64,000 bases of DNA from a virus (Duplodnaviria; Caudoviricetes): positions 1 through 64,000 of the IMG/VR virus record IMGVR_UViG_3300009431_000002; one strand, written 5' to 3'. The first letter of the stretch is position 1; each line of letters opens with the position of its first letter. A program made the position numbers and the translations under genes. The notes below the pieces were generated by a model that was not told the DNA's origin, made no database searches, and was given only the letters and a program-made list of their open reading frames with translations. Of the stretch, positions 10,340-15,673 are shown piece by piece.

Positions 10340-10348
10340 GCTGGCAAC

Positions 10349-10378
10349 ACCGTACCCGCGCACGCACGCGAAATTCAA
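10349..10378 (-). promoter_or_regulatory. Candidate sigma70 promoter TTGAAT-18-TACGGT
   Basis: Read directly, 9 nt upstream of the 10339 ATG. Confidence 0.45.
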
Positions 10379-10425
10379 GGATTACGGCTCGGTATAAGGG
10401 TAGCGCACCCAAACGAGGAGGTCAC

Positions 10426-10704
10426 ATGGCTTTCGTCATCCCCCTGCTGACCGTCCTCGGCGGCCCGAGGGTCCTCAAGTCCCTCATGGTCCCGATCTTC
10501 AGCTGGCTCGGAATCGCCATCCGCACCGCCCGCGACCACGAGGTCGAGGGGGACGTGGCGGGTGTCAAAGTCCGTCTGCCGCAGTCCGAGTACGGAGCGT
10601 TGCTGTCGTTCATCGCCTGGCGCGAGCGCGGTGACGTGCAGCCGCTCGTGGACGAGGCGGGGTTCGACCGCCTGCTGGCGAAGGGACGGCTGGCCGCCGA
10701 GTGA
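10426..10704 (+). CDS. Hypothetical membrane-anchored protein
   Basis: AGGAGG RBS; hydrophobic N-terminus. Confidence 0.75.
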   Translation: MAFVIPLLTVLGGPRVLKSLMVPIFSWLGIAIRTARDHEVEGDVAGVKVRLPQSEYGALLSFIAWRERGDVQPLVDEAGFDRLLAKGRLAAE

Positions 10705-10926
10705 AAAGGCTGGGCGGTGCGTGGCACAAGGGGTTCGGTCGCAGTCCAGAGTGACAGCGACCCCGCTACGCACCACCCGGCCCGTCAGGTCGGCGCGCCA
10801 TCCGGACACGGGGGCGCCGGCACAGAGGACGGCGACGGGGTTCTGCAGGACAGGTGTTTCATTAGCCCGCGAAACTGTGTCGCTGGTCGGGCACAAGGGT
10901 AGTACACCGAAAGGAGGATCGTTCAA

Positions 10927-11349
10927 GTGACATCCGTACCTGTGGGCGTCAAGCCCAGCGACATCGACGTGTCCAATCACTTCTGGGATGCGTTCGATCA
11001 CATGGAGACCGAGATCTCCGCCCGATGGATCGTCCGGTTCCTGCAGGACCGCGACGACACATGGGGTCCGTTCACCCGCGAGGAGCTCGAGGCGTACTAC
11101 ACCGCGCCCGGCCGCCGGCCCGCGGGAGAGCGCTTCAACTTCAACCGGCTGGTCAGCCCCGAACTCGTGCCGCGTGACGCCGCCGCTGCGTTCGCCGGGT
11201 TCATCGGGGACAGGGTGGAGAAGGGCGGCGGCTGGGTCGAGAGGACCGACGGCCGCTACCAGGTCACCGAGGATTTCATTCGCCGCTGCGCCGAAGGGCG
11301 ACAGAAGGCACGAGAGGAGACGCAGGATGACGGACAGCAACGGGACTGA
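10927..11349 (+). CDS. Hypothetical protein
   Basis: AGGAGG RBS, GTG start, typical codon bias. Confidence 0.7.
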   Translation: MTSVPVGVKPSDIDVSNHFWDAFDHMETEISARWIVRFLQDRDDTWGPFTREELEAYYTAPGRRPAGERFNFNRLVSPELVPRDAAAAFAGFIGDRVEKGGGWVERTDGRYQVTEDFIRRCAEGRQKAREETQDDGQQRD

Positions 11350-12208
11350 GCACGTCGAGCCGGACGGTGGCTGGGGCAAGCCCACGGGTACGCCACCGCC
11401 CGACTGGGCCGCGTGGCGGGAGGAGCAGGGGCACTACGTGGTCCAGCTCCGCAACGGCAGCGAGGAGGTCTACGGCCTCGTCACGGTGGTGCTGCTGAGC
11501 ATCCGGAGCGCCTTCGCCCCCGCCACCGAAGAGGAGATGCGGGCGATGGAGCCCACCCAGCTCGGCGACGAGCTGCGGAAGGCCACCTCCCTCTACGACC
11601 TCGTGATGATGGCCCAGGACCCGGAGTACCGCGAGCAGGTCTCCCCGGACAACATCGCGTTCCTCAAGCGCTTCAATCTCGTCGAGGCCGACGGGCGCAT
11701 GCACGGGTCCACCCGCAACATCGTCCGCTCGGCGTTCGAGATCGGCGCCAAGGGCCAGATGCCGGTCCAGAACAATCCGCTGCTTCGCAGGGGCGACGTG
11801 CCCGACCGTCGGGAGGACAAGTCGTTCGAGGACCCGCTGATGCGGATGATGCGGACGACGCCGAGCCCCGTCGCCGACCCCATCCCGGAGGTGCCGGGGG
11901 ACCAGCGGCCCGTCGCGGGCGAGGTGTTCGTCGGCAAGGCCTCCCGCGGCCGCGTGGTGGTGCTGCCGCCGTCGATGAACCCGAGCATCTTCCCGCACCA
12001 CGACACGGTGGTCTACACCAACGAGAAGTGGCCCACGGAGGAGCACCTCCAGTCCCACCAGCCGCACACCATGCGGACCGCGGTGTTCCTGGACACGTTC
12101 GACCGCGTCGAGGACGACGTCATCGGCACCGAGCAGCTGCGGGAGATCGCCAGCCGCTTCGGCGACCCCAACCAGTGGATCCACGCCGACAAGGAGACCG
12201 AGGAGTAG
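11327..12208 (+). CDS. Hypothetical protein
   Basis: Start reassigned to MTDSNGTEH; strong GC3 bias. Confidence 0.7.
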   Translation: MTDSNGTEHVEPDGGWGKPTGTPPPDWAAWREEQGHYVVQLRNGSEEVYGLVTVVLLSIRSAFAPATEEEMRAMEPTQLGDELRKATSLYDLVMMAQDPEYREQVSPDNIAFLKRFNLVEADGRMHGSTRNIVRSAFEIGAKGQMPVQNNPLLRRGDVPDRREDKSFEDPLMRMMRTTPSPVADPIPEVPGDQRPVAGEVFVGKASRGRVVVLPPSMNPSIFPHHDTVVYTNEKWPTEEHLQSHQPHTMRTAVFLDTFDRVEDDVIGTEQLREIASRFGDPNQWIHADKETEE

Positions 12209-12235
12209 CCTGAGTCCCTCCAGCCGGAGGGGCCA

Positions 12236-12258
12236 GGGGCGCGCCCGACGCGCGCCCC
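12236..12258. terminator. GC hairpin between convergent units
   Basis: GGGGCGCGC-ccgac-GCGCGCCCC followed by a T-rich stretch on the plus strand. Confidence 0.5.
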
Positions 12259-12272
12259 GCTTATCTTAGAGT

Positions 12273-12349
12273 TGGTGCGGGTGCTCGGGATCGAACCGAG
12301 GACCTCCTGGTCCCGAACCAGGCGCGCTACCAGACTGCGCTACACCCAC
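12273..12349 (-). tRNA. tRNA-Pro(CGG)
   Basis: Cloverleaf; CCTGG-TT CGG GA-CCAGG; CCA encoded; G1:C72. Confidence 0.93.
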
Positions 12350-12352
12350 ACC

Positions 12353-12429
12353 TGGGGCCGACGCTCGGAATCGAACCGAGAACCTGCTGATTACGAGTCA
12401 GCTGCTCTGCCTGGTTGAGCTACGTCGGC
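12353..12429 (-). tRNA. tRNA-Thr(CGT)
   Basis: GCTGA-CT CGT AA-TCAGC; CCA encoded. Confidence 0.95.
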
Positions 12430-12430
12430 G

Positions 12431-12507
12431 TGGTGCCCCGACCCTGAATTGAACAGGGGACCCCGGACTTATCAGGTCCGTGCTCTACCGGACTGAGCTA
12501 CCGGGAC
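12431..12507 (-). tRNA. tRNA-Ile(GAT)
   Basis: CGGAC-CT GAT AA-GTCCG; CCA encoded. Confidence 0.95.
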
Positions 12508-12556
12508 ACGGGAACTATTCAGTTGTGCATAGGTGCGCCCACCCGGACCGGGCGGG

Positions 12557-12592
12557 CTAGATAATGGTCGTAGGTGGTGTCAGCCAACGCAT
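12557..12592 (-). CDS. Leaderless leader peptide MRWLTPPTTII (Ile/Thr/Pro operon)
   Basis: ATG CGT TGG CTG ACA CCA CCT ACG ACC ATT ATC TAG, 6 nt after TG-C-TACAGT; hairpin GCCCGCCCG-GTC-CGGGTGGGC at the stop. Confidence 0.8.
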   Translation of the reverse strand: MRWLTPPTTII

Positions 12593-12598
12593 GAGGGC

Positions 12599-12607
12599 AC
12601 TGTAGCA
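12599..12607 (-). promoter_or_regulatory. Extended -10 promoter TG-C-TACAGT
   Basis: Identical motif at 14181-14189; no good -35. Confidence 0.6.
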
Positions 12608-12622
12608 CAGGAGGTAGGGTTG

Positions 12623-12676
12623 TGGTAGCCCGACCCGGACTCGAACCGGGGACCTTCGGTATCTAGCCGAAGATCC
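12623..12676 (-). pseudogene. 3' half of a tRNA (anticodon arm remnant, T-arm, acceptor strand, CCA)
   Basis: TTCGG-CTAGATA-CCGAA GGTC CCCGG-TTCGAGT-CCGGG TCGGGCT A CCA; overlaps the stop codon of the 12663 ORF; no matching 5' acceptor strand. Confidence 0.7.
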
Positions 12677-13424
12677 CTTCCACGCGGCCGGCTCGACCCG
12701 ACTGAGTCAGGGTCTTCCCCATGATGTGCCGGGCTTGTCGTTGGGCCATCTCGCCCGCCTGCTCTGGTGACATCTCCGGTAGTTCCTTGGCGCCTCGGAG
12801 GAATCTCCTCTTCATGGCGGCCGGGACCCTCTGGCCGCTTTCCAGGAATTGATGAGCGCGGGGGTCCTTGAACACCTGCGCGAACTGCTGACGGAGAAGC
12901 TCGGTTTCCCCGGTAGCCTCTCTCATTTCCCGCAGTCGCCGGGCAGCGTGCCTCAAGCTCTTGGCTTGCCCCTTCGGAGCGGCCAGACGGTTCAGGAGGT
13001 TCAACTCCTCTACCAGCACTCCGGGGCTGAGGTGAAGACTCTTGCCTAGAGGTACGGCCTTCCTCTCCAACCCCTCATGCAGCGTGAGGAGTGTCTTTGG
13101 GCCACGGCCTTCCACCCCAGGGAGCAGGCCCTTTGCCGCAGACGGGCCGTAGAAGATTCTCCCGGCGTGACGCCCGTACCTGGACTGGAGAGCCTGCACC
13201 AGCTCTTCTGGGATCATTCCCCGCTGCCACTCGAAGAACTCTGGATGCTTGAGGGACTTGCGGATGTGGGCCTTCGTCGGGATCAGCGTCGCTCCCAGCT
13301 GACCCGCCAGCCCCCTAGACCTGGTAGGTGCCAGTCTCCTGGCTGCCGCGTACAGCTCCTGAGCGGACGCAGCCTCCTTGATCTTGCAGAGCTCGTCAAC
13401 GAAAGCCGGGAAGGAGGGACTCAC
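12663..13424 (-). CDS. Hypothetical protein with N-terminal FVDELCKIKEAA motif
   Basis: ORF track; codon usage less GC3-biased than flanks; contains LHEGLE segment. Confidence 0.7.
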   Translation of the reverse strand: MSPSFPAFVDELCKIKEAASAQELYAAARRLAPTRSRGLAGQLGATLIPTKAHIRKSLKHPEFFEWQRGMIPEELVQALQSRYGRHAGRIFYGPSAAKGLLPGVEGRGPKTLLTLHEGLERKAVPLGKSLHLSPGVLVEELNLLNRLAAPKGQAKSLRHAARRLREMREATGETELLRQQFAQVFKDPRAHQFLESGQRVPAAMKRRFLRGAKELPEMSPEQAGEMAQRQARHIMGKTLTQSGRAGRVEGIFG

Positions 13425-13433
13425 GCTCAGAGA

Positions 13434-13829
13434 CTACCCCACCTCGTAGTCGGCCGTAAAGCGGATACCCTTCTTCTGCCCGTTCTTGGGCGGGGTGATC
13501 CGCAACGCGGCTACGCGGATGGCTACATCTTCTACGGGCACCAGGTAGACCTTGTCCAGATCGGGGCAGTAGACACCGAAGAGCTCGACTTGCCCCCTGT
13601 ACCCCTTCCGCTTCCTGGTGCGGTAATCCACGCTGCAGGGGTCGAACTGCACCGCGCCGTTCCGCAGGCGCCCGGTCTTGCACTGGATGCGCTTGAACTC
13701 CCCGTCGTCGTCCATGACGAGGTCGTACCGTTGGTTGTCCCCGAAGGGCTGGAGCATGACCTTCCCTGCCTTGAGGAGGGTGCCGAGGATCACGCCTTCC
13801 GACTTCTCACCGACTTCCTTGGTGTTCAT
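13434..13829 (-). CDS. PD-(D/E)XK family endonuclease (homing-type)
   Basis: GEKSEGVI...PFGDNQRYDLVMD...IQCKTG; leaderless promoter upstream. Confidence 0.85.
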   Translation of the reverse strand: MNTKEVGEKSEGVILGTLLKAGKVMLQPFGDNQRYDLVMDDDGEFKRIQCKTGRLRNGAVQFDPCSVDYRTRKRKGYRGQVELFGVYCPDLDKVYLVPVEDVAIRVAALRITPPKNGQKKGIRFTADYEVG

Positions 13830-13835
13830 GGGGCC

Positions 13836-13864
13836 AGCGTACCTGAGAGCGTCGGGTAGGTCAA
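13836..13864 (-). promoter_or_regulatory. Promoter TTGACC-17-TACGCT, 6 nt before ATG (leaderless)
   Basis: Read directly. Confidence 0.7.
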
Positions 13865-13874
13865 CCGGAGGTGT

Positions 13875-13950
13875 TGGTAGGTCTGGCTGGGCTCGAACCA
13901 GCGACTTCTGCCGTGTGAAAGCAGCACTCTCCCAACTGAGTTACAGACCC
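13875..13950 (-). tRNA. tRNA-Val(CAC)
   Basis: CTGCT-TT CAC AC-GGCAG; CCA encoded. Confidence 0.93.
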
Positions 13951-13988
13951 ACTGACACCGCTGCTCTCCCTAGCTGAGCTACCGGCCC
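13951..13988 (-). pseudogene. 5' half of a tRNA (acceptor strand + D-arm), truncated
   Basis: GGGCCGG TA GCTC AGCTAGGGA GAGC A GCGG... abutting tRNA-Val; no T-arm. Confidence 0.65.
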
Positions 13989-13989
13989 G

Positions 13990-14066
13990 TGGTGGAGGCG
14001 ACAGGAATCGAACCTGCGACCTGCTGCGTGCAAGGCAGCTGCTCTCCCAGCGTGAGCTACGCCCCC
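13990..14066 (-). tRNA. tRNA-Ala(TGC)
   Basis: GCTGC-CT TGC AC-GCAGC; G3:U70; CCA encoded. Confidence 0.95.
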
Positions 14067-14111
14067 ACGGCGAAGATGTAGATGTAGAGGGTCGCTCCCC
14101 GAACCGGGGAG

Positions 14112-14174
14112 CTAGATCGCGGCCACGACAACTGGCAGCGCGAGGAAGACGGAGAGTCGTGCGAGACGTTCCAT
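14112..14174 (-). CDS. Leaderless leader peptide MERLARLSVFLALPVVVAAI (Ala/Val operon)
   Basis: 6 nt after TG-C-TACAGT; hairpin GCTCCCCG-GTT-CGGGGAGC at the stop. Confidence 0.8.
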   Translation of the reverse strand: MERLARLSVFLALPVVVAAI

Positions 14175-14180
14175 GCCGCG

Positions 14181-14189
14181 ACTGTAGCA
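14181..14189 (-). promoter_or_regulatory. Extended -10 promoter TG-C-TACAGT
   Basis: Identical to 12599-12607. Confidence 0.6.
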
Positions 14190-14193
14190 CAAG

Positions 14194-14269
14194 TGGCGCG
14201 AGCTGTGGGAATCGAACCCACCCAGTTGGTTTTGGAGACCAACTCGCCTGCCTTGGGACATGAGCCCGC
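14194..14269 (-). tRNA. tRNA-Trp(CCA)
   Basis: TTGGT-CT CCA AA-ACCAA; atypical D-arm; CCA encoded. Confidence 0.88.
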
Positions 14270-14271
14270 AC

Positions 14272-14347
14272 TGGAACCCCCGACTGGACTCGAACCAGCG
14301 CACGGCGGATTAGAACTCCGCTGCTCTTCCAACTGAGCTACGGGGGC
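14272..14347 (-). tRNA. tRNA-Arg(TCT)
   Basis: GCGGA-GT TCT AA-TCCGC; CCA encoded. Confidence 0.9.
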
Positions 14348-14404
14348 CGACTTGACTGAACTCCCCTACTTGACCGGCTGCTCAAGCGGCCGGGTTTGGT
14401 CAAG

Positions 14405-14480
14405 TGGTACAGACGTCAGGGGTCGAACCTGAAACCACTGGGGCCACATCCCAGCGCTCTGCCAGTTGAGCTACGTCTGC
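14405..14480 (-). tRNA. tRNA-His(GTG)
   Basis: CTGGG-AT GTG GC-CCCAG; A73 and no encoded G-1. Confidence 0.88.
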
Positions 14481-14483
14481 ACG

Positions 14484-14561
14484 TGGTACCCGCGGGAGGA
14501 CTCGAACCTCCGACCTTCCGGTTCGTAGCCGGACGCTCTAGGTCCACTGAGCTACGCGGGC
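14484..14561 (-). tRNA. tRNA-Arg(ACG)
   Basis: TCCGG-CT ACG AA-CCGGA; CCA encoded. Confidence 0.95.
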
Positions 14562-14564
14562 ACG

Positions 14565-14639
14565 TGACCCCGGCAGGACTCGAACCTGCGACCTCCGCGT
14601 CCGGAGCGCGGCGCTCTGGGTCCACTGAGCTACGGGGCC
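14565..14639 (-). tRNA. tRNA-Arg(CCG), CCA not encoded
   Basis: CCGCG-CT CCG GA-CGCGG. Confidence 0.92.
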
Positions 14640-14651
14640 GGTTGTCAAAGA

Positions 14652-14727
14652 TGGCGGTGCCGCCAGGACTCGAACCTGGAACCAGAGCGTTAACAGCGCC
14701 CCGCTCTAGCCATTGAGCTACGACACC
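14652..14727 (-). tRNA. tRNA-Asn(GTT)
   Basis: GGGCG-CT GTT AA-CGCTC; G1:C72; CCA encoded. Confidence 0.93.
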
Positions 14728-14728
14728 G

Positions 14729-14803
14729 TGGTTGCTGCGCCTGGGGTCGAACCAGGGACCTGCCGGTTATGAGCCGGCTGCTCTACCGCTGAGCCACGCA
14801 GCA
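14729..14803 (-). tRNA. tRNA(CAT), elongator Met more likely than Ile2; not initiator
   Basis: GCCGG-CT CAT AA-CCGGC; lacks the GGG/CCC initiator stem. Confidence 0.85.
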
Positions 14804-14806
14804 TCG

Positions 14807-14879
14807 AGGGTCGACCGGGACTCGAACCCGGATCTCCGGATTAAAGGTCCAGGGCGTTATCCATTACGCTCATCGACCC
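14807..14879 (-). tRNA. tRNA-Lys(TTT), CCA not encoded, C33
   Basis: CTGGA-CC TTT AA-TCCGG; acceptor GGGTCGA/TCGACCC. Confidence 0.8.
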
Positions 14880-14880
14880 A

Positions 14881-14956
14881 TGGAGGGTGGAGGGGGACTC
14901 GAACCCCCAACCGCCGGATTAAGAGTCCAGCGCTCTACCTGTTGAGCCATCCACCC
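14881..14956 (-). tRNA. tRNA-Lys(CTT)
   Basis: CTGGA-CT CTT AA-TCCGG; CCA encoded. Confidence 0.95.
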
Positions 14957-14962
14957 GCAGTT

Positions 14963-15008
14963 CTCCGTCTCCACCTGCCGCCCCTTCGGGCAACAAGTAG
15001 ACACGGAG
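14963..15008 (-). promoter_or_regulatory. Long leader hairpin (putative attenuator element)
   Basis: CTCCGT/ACGGAG, TCTACTTG/CAGGTGGA, TTGCCC-GAAG-GGGCGG; G-U pairs work only on the minus strand. Confidence 0.65.
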
Positions 15009-15022
15009 GGGCGGACGCAGAT

Positions 15023-15073
15023 TTACCTGTGCTTGTTCCAGCGGTGCATGAAGGTGGGTCTGACGAAGGTCAT
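15023..15073 (-). CDS. Leaderless leader peptide MTFVRPTFMHRWNKHR (Lys/Met/Asn/Arg/His/Trp operon)
   Basis: ATG ACC TTC GTC AGA CCC ACC TTC ATG CAC CGC TGG AAC AAG CAC AGG TAA, 6 nt after TACGCT. Confidence 0.85.
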   Translation of the reverse strand: MTFVRPTFMHRWNKHR

Positions 15074-15079
15074 GTGGCG

Positions 15080-15108
15080 AGCGTAGACCAGCTCGAGATG
15101 GAGGTCAA
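15080..15108 (-). promoter_or_regulatory. Promoter TTGACC-17-TACGCT
   Basis: Read directly; same hexamers as 13836-13864. Confidence 0.75.
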
Positions 15109-15111
15109 CGG

Positions 15112-15195
15112 ATCCCGACATGAATCCCGACTTCGTGTCGGGATAGCCCCACGCACGTCATCCGGATCCCGACAGGGGTTGACGACACAGTGTCG
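15112..15195. repeat. Operator-like repeats between divergent tRNA promoters
   Basis: ATCCCGAC at 15112, 15124, 15166 and inverted at 15137-15144; palindrome CGACAC-A-GTGTCG at 15183-15195. Confidence 0.6.
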
Positions 15196-15207
15196 CCGTG
15201 CTGTACT
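15179..15207 (+). promoter_or_regulatory. Promoter TTGACG-17-TGTACT, 7 nt before ATG
   Basis: Paralogous to TTGACA-17-TGTAGT at 18744-18772; -10 is non-canonical. Confidence 0.6.
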
Positions 15208-15214
15208 CCGGCCC

Positions 15215-15271
15215 ATGCACTCCTTCGACATCCAATTCGGATTGTCGCTACAGCTCCTGGGTACCCAGTAG
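15215..15271 (+). CDS. Leaderless leader peptide MHSFDIQFGLSLQLLGTQ (Leu/Gly/Gln operon)
   Basis: Read directly; paralog at 18678-18737; followed by alternative GC hairpins. Confidence 0.85.
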   Translation: MHSFDIQFGLSLQLLGTQ

Positions 15272-15327
15272 TCGCCGCCCCCGTACGCCCGTAACCCCGG
15301 GTAGCCGGGGGCGGGAGAAGTGCGTTT

Positions 15328-15413
15328 GGGAGAGTGGCGGAATGGTAGACGCGCGGGTTTCAGGAGCTCGTGTCCTTCGCGGCGTGGGGGTTCGACTCCC
15401 CCCTCTCCCACCA
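15328..15413 (+). tRNA. tRNA-Leu(CAG)
   Basis: CGGGT-TT CAG GA-GCTCG; long variable arm; A73, CCA. Confidence 0.93.
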
Positions 15414-15415
15414 GT

Positions 15416-15500
15416 GCCGGAGTGGCGGAACGGTAGACGCGCGGGTCTGAGGGGCTCGTGTCCGAGTGGCGTCCGGGTTCGACTCCCGGTTCCGGCACCA
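15416..15500 (+). tRNA. tRNA-Leu(GAG)
   Basis: CGGGT-CT GAG GG-GCTCG; long variable arm; CCA. Confidence 0.93.
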
Positions 15501-15514
15501 CAACAAGAACTCGT

Positions 15515-15592
15515 GCGGGAGTAGCTCCAACTGGCTAGAGCAGCGGCCTTCCAAGCCGACGGTTCAGGGTTCGAGCCCCTGTTCCCGCACCA
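15515..15592 (+). tRNA. tRNA-Gly(TCC)
   Basis: CGGC-CT TCC AA-GCCG; A73; CCA. Confidence 0.9.
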
Positions 15593-15593
15593 T

Positions 15594-15671
15594 GTGCCGG
15601 GGCGCAAGGCGTCATAGGGAGAAGGGGACGGCCTCGCTCCTGTTTCGCGTGGGGAAACCCACCCCCGGCAC
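15594..15671 (+). ncRNA. Unclassified tRNA-sized structured RNA
   Basis: 9-bp GTGCCGGGG/CCCCGGCAC closing stem, GTGGG-GAAA-CCCAC arm, two inner hairpins; no TTC loop, no CCA. Confidence 0.5.
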
Positions 15672-15673
15672 CT

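Noticed and set aside
12660-12670. Possible amber-suppressor (CTA) anticodon suggesting stop recoding
   Set aside because: The 7-nt loop CTAGATA places AGA, not CTA, at 34-36; the element lacks a 5' half; TAG and TGA stops end genes normally
14729-14803. Initiator tRNA-fMet
   Set aside because: No three G:C pairs in the anticodon stem and no C1:A72 mismatch
15215-15271. tmRNA tag peptide interpretation of the Leu leader
   Set aside because: It has its own ATG and promoter, does not end in an Ala-Ala degron, and has no tRNA-like domain upstream
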